Origin: an archaeon
GTDB lineage: Archaea; Methanobacteriota_B; Thermococci; Methanofastidiosales; NM3
Length of the DNA: 64,000 nt
Reading direction: 5' to 3'
NCBI GenBank assembly: GCA_004212155.1
Contig: RXIG01000002.1
Location: 1 to 64,000, forward strand
A model generated the notes under the pieces. That model was not told the origin of the DNA. It did not search any database and saw only the letters and a program-made list of their open reading frames with translations. Below are positions 28,995 to 37,378 of the stretch, piece after piece (the first letter of the stretch is position 1; each line of letters starts with the position of its first letter). A program made the position numbers and the translations under genes.

Positions 28995-30218
28995 ATGATT
29001 ATCAAGGGCGCGACGATCTATCACAACGGGCGGTTTGTCACGCGCGACATCGAGGTCGCCGGAGGCTGCATCGTCCGCATCGGACTATCCATTGAGGGCG
29101 AAGACGCCGTCGATGCTTCGTCCCATGTGCTCATTCCAGGGGTGCGCAATCGCCACATGCATGCGTCGTCAGTGCTCATTCGTGGCGCGCCATCGGGAGG
29201 GGGGCTTGATGCCTGGGTACGCAACTGGTTGTGGCGATTCGAGGAGACGCTATCGCGAAAGGAGGCATACTACGGCGCACTCTACAGCATGTGCCAGATG
29301 GCTCGTGCGGGCATCACGTACTTCGAGGAGATGCACTTCCACGAGTCCGACGTCATGGACGCATGTTGTGATATCGGCCTGCGCGCCTCGCTTAGCGAGG
29401 CGATCATGGACAGGCAGGAGTGGGATGACCCTCTTGCCACGCTGGACACGACGATGGCACTCGCACGAAAGGCGCGCTCATCATCGTTAGTCGACGTCAA
29501 GATGGGAATCGTCTCCATACGCATGACGAGCGGGGAGCTCATCGATGCATGCGTCGGTGCGGTCAATGACCATCCCGATCTCTTTTCAGGATATCACGTG
29601 CATCTCAACGAGGTATCCCTTGACGCAAAAATCTCGAAGGAGGAGTACGGCGCGCTCCCTGCAGAGGTGTTCCATGATAAGGGGGTGCTCGGCTCGTCAA
29701 CGACGCTTGCCCACTGCGTTCATATGCATCCGCGTGAGATCGAGCTGCTCGCATCAACGAAAAGCACGGCGGTGGCATGCATCGGTTCGAATCTCAGGCT
29801 CCACTCGGGCACTCCGCCGATCCAGGCGATGCTTCAGGCGGATGTCCCCCTGGGGATGGGCATCGACTCACCTGCAATAAACGACGGCTATGACCTCCTC
29901 TCTGATGTTCGCATCATCGGACTCATCTACGGTCTTGACCCAACCGTGCTCATCCCCCTTCTTTGCGGCTGTGGGGGGCTCGTGGAGGGCATGGAGGCAG
30001 ACCTTGCATTCATCAACAAGGCCGCACTCTTCCCGTGGAAGGACATTGCCACCACGGTGAGCTACGGTGCCAATACCGGATGCATCGACCATGTCATGGT
30101 CAATGGCAGATTCATCGTATGGAACAAACGCGTCACTACCGTCGATGAGGAGCGCGTCGCCCGTAAGGCGGGCGCAGTGGCTGAAAAGGTATGGTCACGG
30201 CTTGAGTGCCCCGAGTGA
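28995..30218 (+). CDS. Amidohydrolase, MTA/SAH/5'-deoxyadenosine deaminase-like
   Basis: Metal ligands HMH, HVHLNE, AHCVH and GID; SNLRL; converges on mtnA. Confidence 0.75.
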   Translation: MIIKGATIYHNGRFVTRDIEVAGGCIVRIGLSIEGEDAVDASSHVLIPGVRNRHMHASSVLIRGAPSGGGLDAWVRNWLWRFEETLSRKEAYYGALYSMCQMARAGITYFEEMHFHESDVMDACCDIGLRASLSEAIMDRQEWDDPLATLDTTMALARKARSSSLVDVKMGIVSIRMTSGELIDACVGAVNDHPDLFSGYHVHLNEVSLDAKISKEEYGALPAEVFHDKGVLGSSTTLAHCVHMHPREIELLASTKSTAVACIGSNLRLHSGTPPIQAMLQADVPLGMGIDSPAINDGYDLLSDVRIIGLIYGLDPTVLIPLLCGCGGLVEGMEADLAFINKAALFPWKDIATTVSYGANTGCIDHVMVNGRFIVWNKRVTTVDEERVARKAGAVAEKVWSRLECPE

Positions 30219-31220
30219 GCGTTTGTCGGGGGGGCGAGCGATCCCGTTCTCGGTGACGATACTGTCCACGAGCGAAGCGGGGGTGACGTCAAAGGCAGGA
30301 TTGTATGCGGCCACACCGGACGGCGCCACCTGCACGCCGCAGCAGTAGCGTACCTCGTCTGCATCCCGCTCCTCAATTGGTATGTCTTCCAGGGCCGTAC
30401 ACGAGAAGTCGATGGTCGATACCGGTGCCGCGACGATGAGGGGGATGCCATGATGATGCGCGAGCACGGCCAGCGAATAGGTCCCTATCTTGTTTGCCAC
30501 GTCGCCATGTGCCGTGATCCTGTCGGCACCGACGACCACCTTGTCTACCCGTCCCGCCCGCATGAGCGATCCCGCCATGTTGTCTGTCACCAACGTTGCT
30601 GGGATGCCTTCCCTGACGAGCTCCCACGCCGTGAGGCGCGCGCCCTGGCACAACGGTCTCGTCTCATCGACGTAGACGTGAATCCGTTTTCCTTCGCCAT
30701 GCGCCCAACGCACGATGCCCAGTGCCGTGCCGTAGCCGACACACGCAAGCGCACCCGCGTTACAGTGGGTAAGTATCGAGTCGCCATCTTCGATAAGGCG
30801 TGCACCGTGCCGCCCGATGCTCTTGTTGTTCTGCACGTCGGTCTCCGCGATGCGCTTGGCATGTTCGACGAGTCGCTCAATCGTTTCCTCGGGCCCCTCT
30901 TGATGATCGAGCAGCGCACGCTGTTCGTTGACGCCCCATGAGAGATTGATCGCGGTAGGGCGAGCACGTGCCAGGCGCGCGCAGTCCTCGACAACGTGGC
31001 GGTAAAACAGTTCTTGTGGTTCCTTGCGGTGCTCGATGGCCGAGAGTGCCACACCGTAGGCCCCTGCCGCACCGAGTGCCGGTGCGCCCCTCACGCGAAG
31101 CATTTGTATCGCCTCGATGAGGCAGTCGACCGTAGCGCATGCATGCAGGCGGTAGGTAAGCGGGAGCAATGTCTGATCGATCATCTTCACCTTTTCGTCC
31201 TCGAAGAAGATGGTGCGCAA
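30195..31220 (-). CDS. mtnA: Methylthioribose-1-phosphate isomerase
   Basis: IDQ..LP, VRGAPA, RPTAINL, THCNAGALA..YGTAL, DETRP..QGARLT, GADRI...GDVANKIGT and NPAFDVTP. Confidence 0.94.
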   Translation of the reverse strand: MRTIFFEDEKVKMIDQTLLPLTYRLHACATVDCLIEAIQMLRVRGAPALGAAGAYGVALSAIEHRKEPQELFYRHVVEDCARLARARPTAINLSWGVNEQRALLDHQEGPEETIERLVEHAKRIAETDVQNNKSIGRHGARLIEDGDSILTHCNAGALACVGYGTALGIVRWAHGEGKRIHVYVDETRPLCQGARLTAWELVREGIPATLVTDNMAGSLMRAGRVDKVVVGADRITAHGDVANKIGTYSLAVLAHHHGIPLIVAAPVSTIDFSCTALEDIPIEERDADEVRYCCGVQVAPSGVAAYNPAFDVTPASLVDSIVTENGIARPPDKRSLGALKP

Positions 31221-31261
31221 TTCTTCATCACTGTTCGTTAGATCCCCTCCTCTGTCGTGTG

Positions 31262-32107
31262 CTACGTGCTCACTTCGGTCCTTAAGTACTCTTTTCTCTT
31301 CTTCTTGGCTCGTACCTTTTGAAACAGCGACACGATGAAAAATCCTATGGTCGAGACGATGACGATGGTGGCGCCCGAGGCGAGATCGACGTAGTAGGAC
31401 AAAAACAGCCCCGTTACGGTAAACACGAGCCCGATGCCGATGGCCAGCACCATGATGCTTCGTATGGTCGATGCAAGGAGCTTGCTTGTCGCGGCGGGAA
31501 TGGTGAGCAGCGCGATGACGAGTATGACACCGACGATTTTGATCAGGACGACGACTGTGAGCGCTATGAGGCAGAGCAGAAGCAGATTGAGCGAATAGGT
31601 GGGAAGCCCCATCACGCGTCCGTAGTCCTCGTCATAGGTGAGGATGAAGAGTTCCTTGAAGAGGGCAACGGCGGTGATGACGACGATGGCTGTGAGCACG
31701 AACATGACGGCAAGGTCTTCCCTGGAGACGGCCAGTATGTTCCCGAAGAGGAAGCTGATTAGCTCCGTGGCATATCCCTTGCTCAGTCCTACGAATATGA
31801 TGCCAAGCGCCATGCCGCTGGCCCAGAGCATGCCGATCGTCGAGTCCTCATCGAGGCGTATCTTCTCCTTTATCCATCCTATGGAGAGAGCCGCGACCAG
31901 CGAGAACAGGATCGTCGAAAGCATCGGATTGATGTCGACGAGATAGCTGAACCCCACACCGCTAAACGAGAAGTGTGCTATGCCCCCGCTGATGAAGACG
32001 ATACGCTTGAGGATGACGTAGACGCCCACCACGCCGCAGATGACGCTTGCGAGCACACCAGCGACGAGCGCATTCCTCATGAACTCGTAGGCCAGCAGTC
32101 CCTCCAT
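31262..32107 (-). CDS. Zn/Mn ABC transporter permease (ZnuB-like)
   Basis: FMRNAL, G..H....G, FLFGNIL and VGVILVIALL.IPA. Confidence 0.9.
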   Translation of the reverse strand: MEGLLAYEFMRNALVAGVLASVICGVVGVYVILKRIVFISGGIAHFSFSGVGFSYLVDINPMLSTILFSLVAALSIGWIKEKIRLDEDSTIGMLWASGMALGIIFVGLSKGYATELISFLFGNILAVSREDLAVMFVLTAIVVITAVALFKELFILTYDEDYGRVMGLPTYSLNLLLLCLIALTVVVLIKIVGVILVIALLTIPAATSKLLASTIRSIMVLAIGIGLVFTVTGLFLSYYVDLASGATIVIVSTIGFFIVSLFQKVRAKKKRKEYLRTEVST

Positions 32108-32868
32108 CAGTGTTCCTCCAGGACACGATGGGGCACCCCGTGTGCGATGAGCTCTATCGGGCAGTTATAGACGCGTTCGAGGTCCTCCCTCTTTATTTCC
32201 TTGTTGCCGTGGTAGTAGAGCGTCTTGTTGACGCATGCGATGTTTTTCACATGCCGCGATACCACGGAGAGGTCGTGGGTGACAAAGAGTATCGTCAACG
32301 AGTCGTTGAGGTCGTGAAGGAGTGAATAGAACTCCCTTTGCATCGTGGAATCGATGCCCACGTTCGGTTCGTCGAGGAGGAGCAGCGATGGTTCGTTGAC
32401 AAGCGCCCGGGCGATGAAGACACGCTGGCGCTGCCCTCCCGAGAGCTTGGAGATCTGTGTGTCGCTGTATCTGGCCATGCCGACGCGTTCGAGCGCCTGC
32501 ATCGTCGCCTCGGCGTCATCCTCGTCAAACTGCCTCAGCAATCCTTTGTTCGCATAGCGTCCCATGCGCGCGACCTCGAAGACCGTGGCGGGGAATCCTT
32601 CTATATGGTGAGAATATTGGGGGACGTAGCCAATATGCCTCTTTTCCTTACGGGGATGGTTGCCGAAGATGCGCACCGAGCCTCGCAACGGGGAGATCTC
32701 CCCCGTGATCGTCTTGAGAAGGGTTGTCTTGCCGCCGCCGTTTGGTCCGATGATGCCGAGAAAGTCGTTTTCCTCGACACAAAGCGTGATGTCCTTGAGC
32801 ACGATGTGTTCACCATACGAGACCCATACGTTGCGTATGTCAACGATGCATTCTTCTGGCGCCGTCAC
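32107..32868 (-). CDS. Zn/Mn ABC transporter ATPase (ZnuC-like)
   Basis: GPNGGGKT, IGYVPQ, LSGGQRQR, DEP and C-terminal HGVPHRVLEEH; GTG start inferred. Confidence 0.9.
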   Translation of the reverse strand: MTAPEECIVDIRNVWVSYGEHIVLKDITLCVEENDFLGIIGPNGGGKTTLLKTITGEISPLRGSVRIFGNHPRKEKRHIGYVPQYSHHIEGFPATVFEVARMGRYANKGLLRQFDEDDAEATMQALERVGMARYSDTQISKLSGGQRQRVFIARALVNEPSLLLLDEPNVGIDSTMQREFYSLLHDLNDSLTILFVTHDLSVVSRHVKNIACVNKTLYYHGNKEIKREDLERVYNCPIELIAHGVPHRVLEEH

Positions 32869-32872
32869 CCGT

Positions 32873-33739
32873 TCATCCCCCCATTCCTTCGCGCAGCGTT
32901 TCGGCGATGTCTTCCATGTTGGCCGCATACGACGATGCGAGCGGATTGATGGAAAGCACAGATCCGCCGATCTCGCGCGCGATGGTGTTTGCGTCGTCTG
33001 TGCTGAACTGCGGTTCAACGAAAATAACGTGTATGCCGTTTTCTCGTGCAATCTCTATGACATGAGCGATGTGTTGAGGGGTCGGTTCCTTGCCTTCCTG
33101 TTCCACTGATATCTGAGTGAGCCCATAGTCGCGTGCGAAGTACGACCAGGTGGAGTGATATGCGATAAACATTTTCTTGTCTGTCTTATCAAGCGTTGAG
33201 CGAATGCTCTCATCCACCTCGTTGAGGCGTTCAACATACGCCTCCATGTTGGCGTGGTAGGTCTCGGAGTGTTCGGGATCGAGCTCGCAGAGGACATCGG
33301 TTATCTTACTTACCCCTTCTCGGGCCACTTCGAGCGAGAGCCATATATGCGGGTCGTACCCGCCATTCACGTCGATGAGGTCGATGCCCTCGGACACGTC
33401 GATAACGGTAAGGCCGGTATTGACATTCATGACCTTCTCGGCCCAGAATTCCAAGCCAACTCCGTTTCTTACCCATATCTCAGCGTTTTCCGCCTTCACC
33501 ACGGTGCTTGGTGTGAGCTCGTACGTGTGCGGCGAGGCGCCCTCGGGCACGAGCACGGTGATGTCTACATGTTCCCCTCCCACGGCCTCGACCCATTCAG
33601 AAAATGGGGGGATGGAGACGATAACGTCTATTGCATCTGTTTCCCCGTCCGTGCCGCTGCCAATGCATCCTGATACCACCGCACAGGTAAGCAGACACAG
33701 TATCATGAAAAAACCTGTACGTACAGAGGCTACACCCAT
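32873..33739 (-). CDS. Zn/Mn ABC substrate-binding lipoprotein (ZnuA-like)
   Basis: Lipobox-like SGC; His ligands in SPHTYE, DPHIWL and YH; KEPT. Confidence 0.92.
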   Translation of the reverse strand: MGVASVRTGFFMILCLLTCAVVSGCIGSGTDGETDAIDVIVSIPPFSEWVEAVGGEHVDITVLVPEGASPHTYELTPSTVVKAENAEIWVRNGVGLEFWAEKVMNVNTGLTVIDVSEGIDLIDVNGGYDPHIWLSLEVAREGVSKITDVLCELDPEHSETYHANMEAYVERLNEVDESIRSTLDKTDKKMFIAYHSTWSYFARDYGLTQISVEQEGKEPTPQHIAHVIEIARENGIHVIFVEPQFSTDDANTIAREIGGSVLSINPLASSYAANMEDIAETLREGMGG

Positions 33740-33773
33740 ATATAGTCTAGTGGTTTATTATAATATAAATAAT

Positions 33774-33789
33774 TAATTATTAATAATTA
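33774..33789. promoter_or_regulatory. 16-bp palindrome, candidate operator in a divergent promoter
   Basis: TAATTATTAATAATTA lies between the znuA-like gene and the NikR-family gene; the region is AT-rich, so this could be chance. Confidence 0.4.
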
Positions 33790-33826
33790 TAGAAAATTAT
33801 ATAAAAAATTATTAACATTGGTAGTT

Positions 33827-34210
33827 ATGGCAATCATCAGCGTATCATTGACAGACAAGATGCTCCACGACATCGATGCAGTCCAGCACGAGCTTGGATT
33901 CTCTGGACGCTCGGAGGTCATACGGGCCGGCGCCAGGCTGCTCATCGAGGAGAGCAGGAGCGAGGAGCGCCTGCATGGCACCATCAGCTCCATCCTCATC
34001 CTCCTGCACGAAAAGAAGGCAGAGGATGCGATCACTGCGGTGAAGCACGAGTTCGAGGACATCATCAACACGCAGATCCACAATCATACCATGGAGAACA
34101 AATGTCTCGACATATTCATCCTCAACGGCGATGCGGAGCGCATTCGCCAGCTTTCGACCACGTTCCAGACAAGCGGAAAGGTCGACTATCTCAAGTTAGT
34201 CGTTCCGTGA
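33827..34210 (+). CDS. NikR-family (CopG/RHH + ACT-like) metal-responsive regulator
   Basis: IISVSL, GFSGRSEVIR, and HxH...C (QIHNH...KCL) ligands. Confidence 0.88.
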   Translation: MAIISVSLTDKMLHDIDAVQHELGFSGRSEVIRAGARLLIEESRSEERLHGTISSILILLHEKKAEDAITAVKHEFEDIINTQIHNHTMENKCLDIFILNGDAERIRQLSTTFQTSGKVDYLKLVVP

Positions 34211-34604
34211 ATTGTTCGTACCCCTCATTGACAAGCAACTCATCGATACGTTTCCCATCCGGTATACGAAAGAGGTGTGAACGGCATCTGCAGTCGCTTG
34301 CGCCGATGCCGGGAACGGGGGACAGGTGGCGTTGCAGCAGCGATGCGAGCCGGCATTCCTCCGACTTTTCAGACCCCATATAATATATTATCTCTATTGT
34401 GGCATGGTCGAGAACGTAGTCGATGTGCCAGTGGTGGCGCTTTTTCGTGCGCAGGTGCCGGATAACGCGCTGTCGTATGCCGCCCTGTGCCGAACCCACA
34501 TACGCATATTGCCCTTTCTCCAGCGTTCGCTCCCCCTTGGCGCCGATACGTGTTGTGAACGTGGCCGGCACGTCAATGATGAGCACGTATGTTCCCCTGA
34601 TCAT
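34191..34604 (-). CDS. GIY-YIG/Uri superfamily nuclease (DUF123)
   Basis: GTYVL, G.YAYVGSA, R..RH, HWHIDY and EC...GASDC.C.SHL. Confidence 0.88.
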   Translation of the reverse strand: MIRGTYVLIIDVPATFTTRIGAKGERTLEKGQYAYVGSAQGGIRQRVIRHLRTKKRHHWHIDYVLDHATIEIIYYMGSEKSEECRLASLLQRHLSPVPGIGASDCRCRSHLFRIPDGKRIDELLVNEGYEQFTERLT

Positions 34605-35109
34605 CTTCATCCTCCAGCAGGGCAAGCACGCGCTGCTCGTACGCGATGAGCTCTTCCTGCGCCCGGTGGGCACAGCCCTTCCTATATCCTCTGTTAACGG
34701 CACCGTCTTCCACCGTTCGTGACAGCTCATCGAAGTGTGCCGCCCGTGCGATGACGCAGACATGGTCGTGATGTTTGATCCCCGAGAGTACCAGTGCAGG
34801 TCCGCCGATATCTGTCGTGAGCGTACCATCGAATGACCGGACGGGGGGAAGGAAGTCAACGACCACGTATGCTATCTCGCCTGTCGTTATCATCTTATGC
34901 ACTGCCGGATGGAGCGTCTTGATCCCGCCTGCGCACATCGAGTCGAATCCGGTAACGTTGGAAACAGGCCTGCAATCGATCCCGTGTTCTGCCAGGTACG
35001 CCCGCGTGCCGGGGGTTGCGAGCACAAATACGCCTCTTGTTCGTAACGCGCTTGCCAGTCGTTCCACGCCATCCTTGTCGTGGACGCTGATGATGGCATA
35101 CATGGTCAT
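34573..35109 (-). CDS. Stand-alone IMP cyclohydrolase / MGS-like domain (PurH N-terminal)
   Basis: AIISVHDK.G, ATPGT..YL, VS.VTGF, KTLHP.VH and DIGGPAL. Confidence 0.78.
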   Translation of the reverse strand: MTMYAIISVHDKDGVERLASALRTRGVFVLATPGTRAYLAEHGIDCRPVSNVTGFDSMCAGGIKTLHPAVHKMITTGEIAYVVVDFLPPVRSFDGTLTTDIGGPALVLSGIKHHDHVCVIARAAHFDELSRTVEDGAVNRGYRKGCAHRAQEELIAYEQRVLALLEDEDDQGNIRAHH

Positions 35110-35199
35110 CTTCTCGATCGGAATGGTATAACTTTTTTGTGCATCTTTTGGCACTTCTCGATGAGAAATATATTTAAGTACCAATCATAAGGTGTGAAC

Positions 35200-36576
35200 A
35201 TGGATTTTTACGAGCTTGCACGCCGTTGCGCCACCCACGTTCGGGAGCATAGGGACGAGGAATTTCGCATCGTATCCCACATGGATGCCGACGGCATATC
35301 GAGCTGTGCGCTCGTATCAACTGCGCTCGACCGCCTGGGCATCGAGCACGACTACACATGCATCAAGCTCAACGAGATGAATCGGGTCGAACCTGCCGAC
35401 AACATGGTATTTTGTGACCTGGGAAGCGGCCAGCAGGACCAGATCGCCGAGCTCTTCCCCGACTCATCGGTCACGATCATCGACCATCACCAGTTCGAGG
35501 ATTCACTCTTTGACCATCATTTCAATCCATTCCTTGCGGGTGTCGACGGAGGGTCGGAGATCTCCGGGAGCGGCATGTCATACTTTTTCGCTCGCGCCCT
35601 TGACGAATCCAACACCGACCTAGCCCCTCTTGCCATCGTCGGCGCCGTAGGAGACATGCAGGCGCTGTGGGGGCGGCTCAAAGGAATGAACAGGGAGATC
35701 GTTGCCGATGGCATCAGCCGTGGCGTCCTTTCAGCAGATCCCGATCTTCTCCTCTACGGCCGATTCACGCGGCCCATCTACAAGTCGATCCAATTCTTCT
35801 CGGACCCGCCCATACCGGGTATCTCGGGTAGCGAATCCAACGCCATTGCGCTCCTCTCGTCAATCGGCATATCCGTGCGTGAGGACCAGTGGCGCACCCC
35901 GTCCGACCTCACCCTCGACGAGAAACAGCGCCTCGGCACCGAGATCATACGCAGGATCGTCTCCGAGCTGCCGCCCGAGTTCGCACGGCTTGCACCGAAT
36001 CTCGTGTTCGGCGAGACCTACACATTCATCAATGAGGAACGCTATTCCCCGCTTCGGGACGCATCCGAGTTCTCCACGTGTCTCAATGCGGCGGGACGCC
36101 ACGACTGTCCTGACATTGGCGTCGAGGTCGCAAAGGGCAACCGAAGCATCTACTACGAAAAGCTCATGTCACTTGTCCGCAGGCATAGACAGCAGCTTGC
36201 CAAGGGCATAGGTCTCATCGAGTCGCGTGGTATATCGCGCCTCTCCCACCTACAGTACTTTGACGGAACGGGCATCTCCGACACCCTTGTCGGCACGGTC
36301 GCCGGACTCGTCCTCGGTTCGAAGGAGTGCGACCCCTTCACCCCGCTCATCGGCTACACGCCCACCAACGACCACATGCTCAAGGTATCGCTTCGCTGCT
36401 CGAAGCTCCTTGTGGGGCGCGAGCTCAACATGGGGCGCATCCTGCACGACGTGTCGCAACGTTACGACGGTGCAGGGGGCGGCCATGCGTTCGCATGCGG
36501 CGCTTTCATACCGCACGAGCATATCACGCCGTTTCTAGAGGACGTGTCGCATGCAGTTGGAGCGACCGCAGAATGA
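35200..36576 (+). CDS. RecJ/GAN-like DHH phosphoesterase
   Basis: HMDADG, DLGSG, IDHH, GAVGDMQ, EFST.LNA.GR and GGGH..A.G. Confidence 0.9.
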   Translation: MDFYELARRCATHVREHRDEEFRIVSHMDADGISSCALVSTALDRLGIEHDYTCIKLNEMNRVEPADNMVFCDLGSGQQDQIAELFPDSSVTIIDHHQFEDSLFDHHFNPFLAGVDGGSEISGSGMSYFFARALDESNTDLAPLAIVGAVGDMQALWGRLKGMNREIVADGISRGVLSADPDLLLYGRFTRPIYKSIQFFSDPPIPGISGSESNAIALLSSIGISVREDQWRTPSDLTLDEKQRLGTEIIRRIVSELPPEFARLAPNLVFGETYTFINEERYSPLRDASEFSTCLNAAGRHDCPDIGVEVAKGNRSIYYEKLMSLVRRHRQQLAKGIGLIESRGISRLSHLQYFDGTGISDTLVGTVAGLVLGSKECDPFTPLIGYTPTNDHMLKVSLRCSKLLVGRELNMGRILHDVSQRYDGAGGGHAFACGAFIPHEHITPFLEDVSHAVGATAE

Positions 36577-36593
36577 AGCGCAAGCATTTTTAA

Positions 36594-36608
36594 CCGAAAA
36601 GTTTAAAA
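36594..36608 (+). promoter_or_regulatory. BRE/TATA promoter of the 5S rRNA-tRNA-Asp unit
   Basis: CCGAAAAG-TTTAAAA about 25 nt upstream of the 5S gene. Confidence 0.7.
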
Positions 36609-36630
36609 ATGACCGTTGTTTACAACAAAT

Positions 36631-36748
36631 CCGGCACGGCGGTCACAGCAAGAGAGCCACACCTGGTCTCATTCCGAACCCAGCAGTAAAGCCTCTTTGC
36701 GATTCGGGTTGTACTACCCTCGGTGGGAATCCCGAGACGCTGCCGGCC
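36631..36748 (+). rRNA. rrf: 5S ribosomal RNA
   Basis: GGCGGTCACAGC...CACACCTGGTCTCATTCCGAACCCAG...GTACT...GGGAA...CGCTGCC is an archaeal 5S pattern; the ends pair. Confidence 0.92.
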
Positions 36749-36763
36749 CCTTATGTTGACGTT

Positions 36764-36841
36764 GCCCGGGTAGTGTAGTCCGGTCTATCATACAGGACTG
36801 TCACTCCTGTGACTCGGGTCCGAATCCCGGCCCGGGCGCCA
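36764..36841 (+). tRNA. tRNA-Asp(GTC), CCA encoded
   Basis: Acceptor stem GCCCGGG/CCCGGGC; anticodon arm CAGGA-CT-GTC-AC-TCCTG. Confidence 0.95.
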
Positions 36842-36974
36842 ACTTTAAGATATAAACGGGTGATGGCATAGATTGTGGAGAATATGGAGGCCATGTTTTT
36901 TAATGATTCTTACCGTAGAAGAAGAAATTATAAAGGTCTCTGGTGCGCCGCTCCTCAGTATAAACAACGTAGAT

Positions 36975-37048
36975 GGGCCTGTAGCTCAGTCTGGAAGAGC
37001 ACCTGGCTTTTAACCAGGTGGTCGCGGGTTCAAACCCCGTCGGGCCCG
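36975..37048 (+). tRNA. tRNA-Lys(TTT)
   Basis: Acceptor stem GGGCCTG/CGGGCCC; anticodon arm CCTGG-CT-TTT-AA-CCAGG; T-loop TTCAAAC. Confidence 0.96.
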
Positions 37049-37091
37049 CTTCTTTATCAATTATTAGTGTCTCAAGTAGGGTGATGTCGTT

Positions 37092-37367
37092 ATGAGCAAG
37101 GTAAATATAGTCGAACATGAGTTGGTTCCCCAGCACATCGTATTAAGTCCGGAAGAGGAAGAGGTTGTTTTGAAGAAGTATAACATAGACAGGAACAATC
37201 TTCCCCTTATCAAATCGACTGATCCGATAATCCAGGAGCTTGAGGAGCAGCTCGCAGAACAATCAGAGGACGAGGGGAAGGTCTCCTTGAAGGGAAGAAT
37301 TATTAAAATCATCAGAAATAACTCTCCTGCAGGCGAGGGAGTGTATTACCGTTACGTAATTGAGTAG
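37092..37367 (+). CDS. rpoH: RNA polymerase subunit H (Rpo5)
   Basis: HELVP.H..LS.EE, LP.I...DP and IKIIR.....G...YYR.V. Confidence 0.95.
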   Translation: MSKVNIVEHELVPQHIVLSPEEEEVVLKKYNIDRNNLPLIKSTDPIIQELEEQLAEQSEDEGKVSLKGRIIKIIRNNSPAGEGVYYRYVIE

Positions 37368-37378
37368 AGGTAGATGTA

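Noticed and set aside
36842-36974. Riboswitch or extra RNA between tRNA-Asp and tRNA-Lys
   Set aside because: The GGTGATGG start resembles a fluoride riboswitch, but the pairing partner and downstream consensus are absent; the region is explained by a TATA promoter for tRNA-Lys
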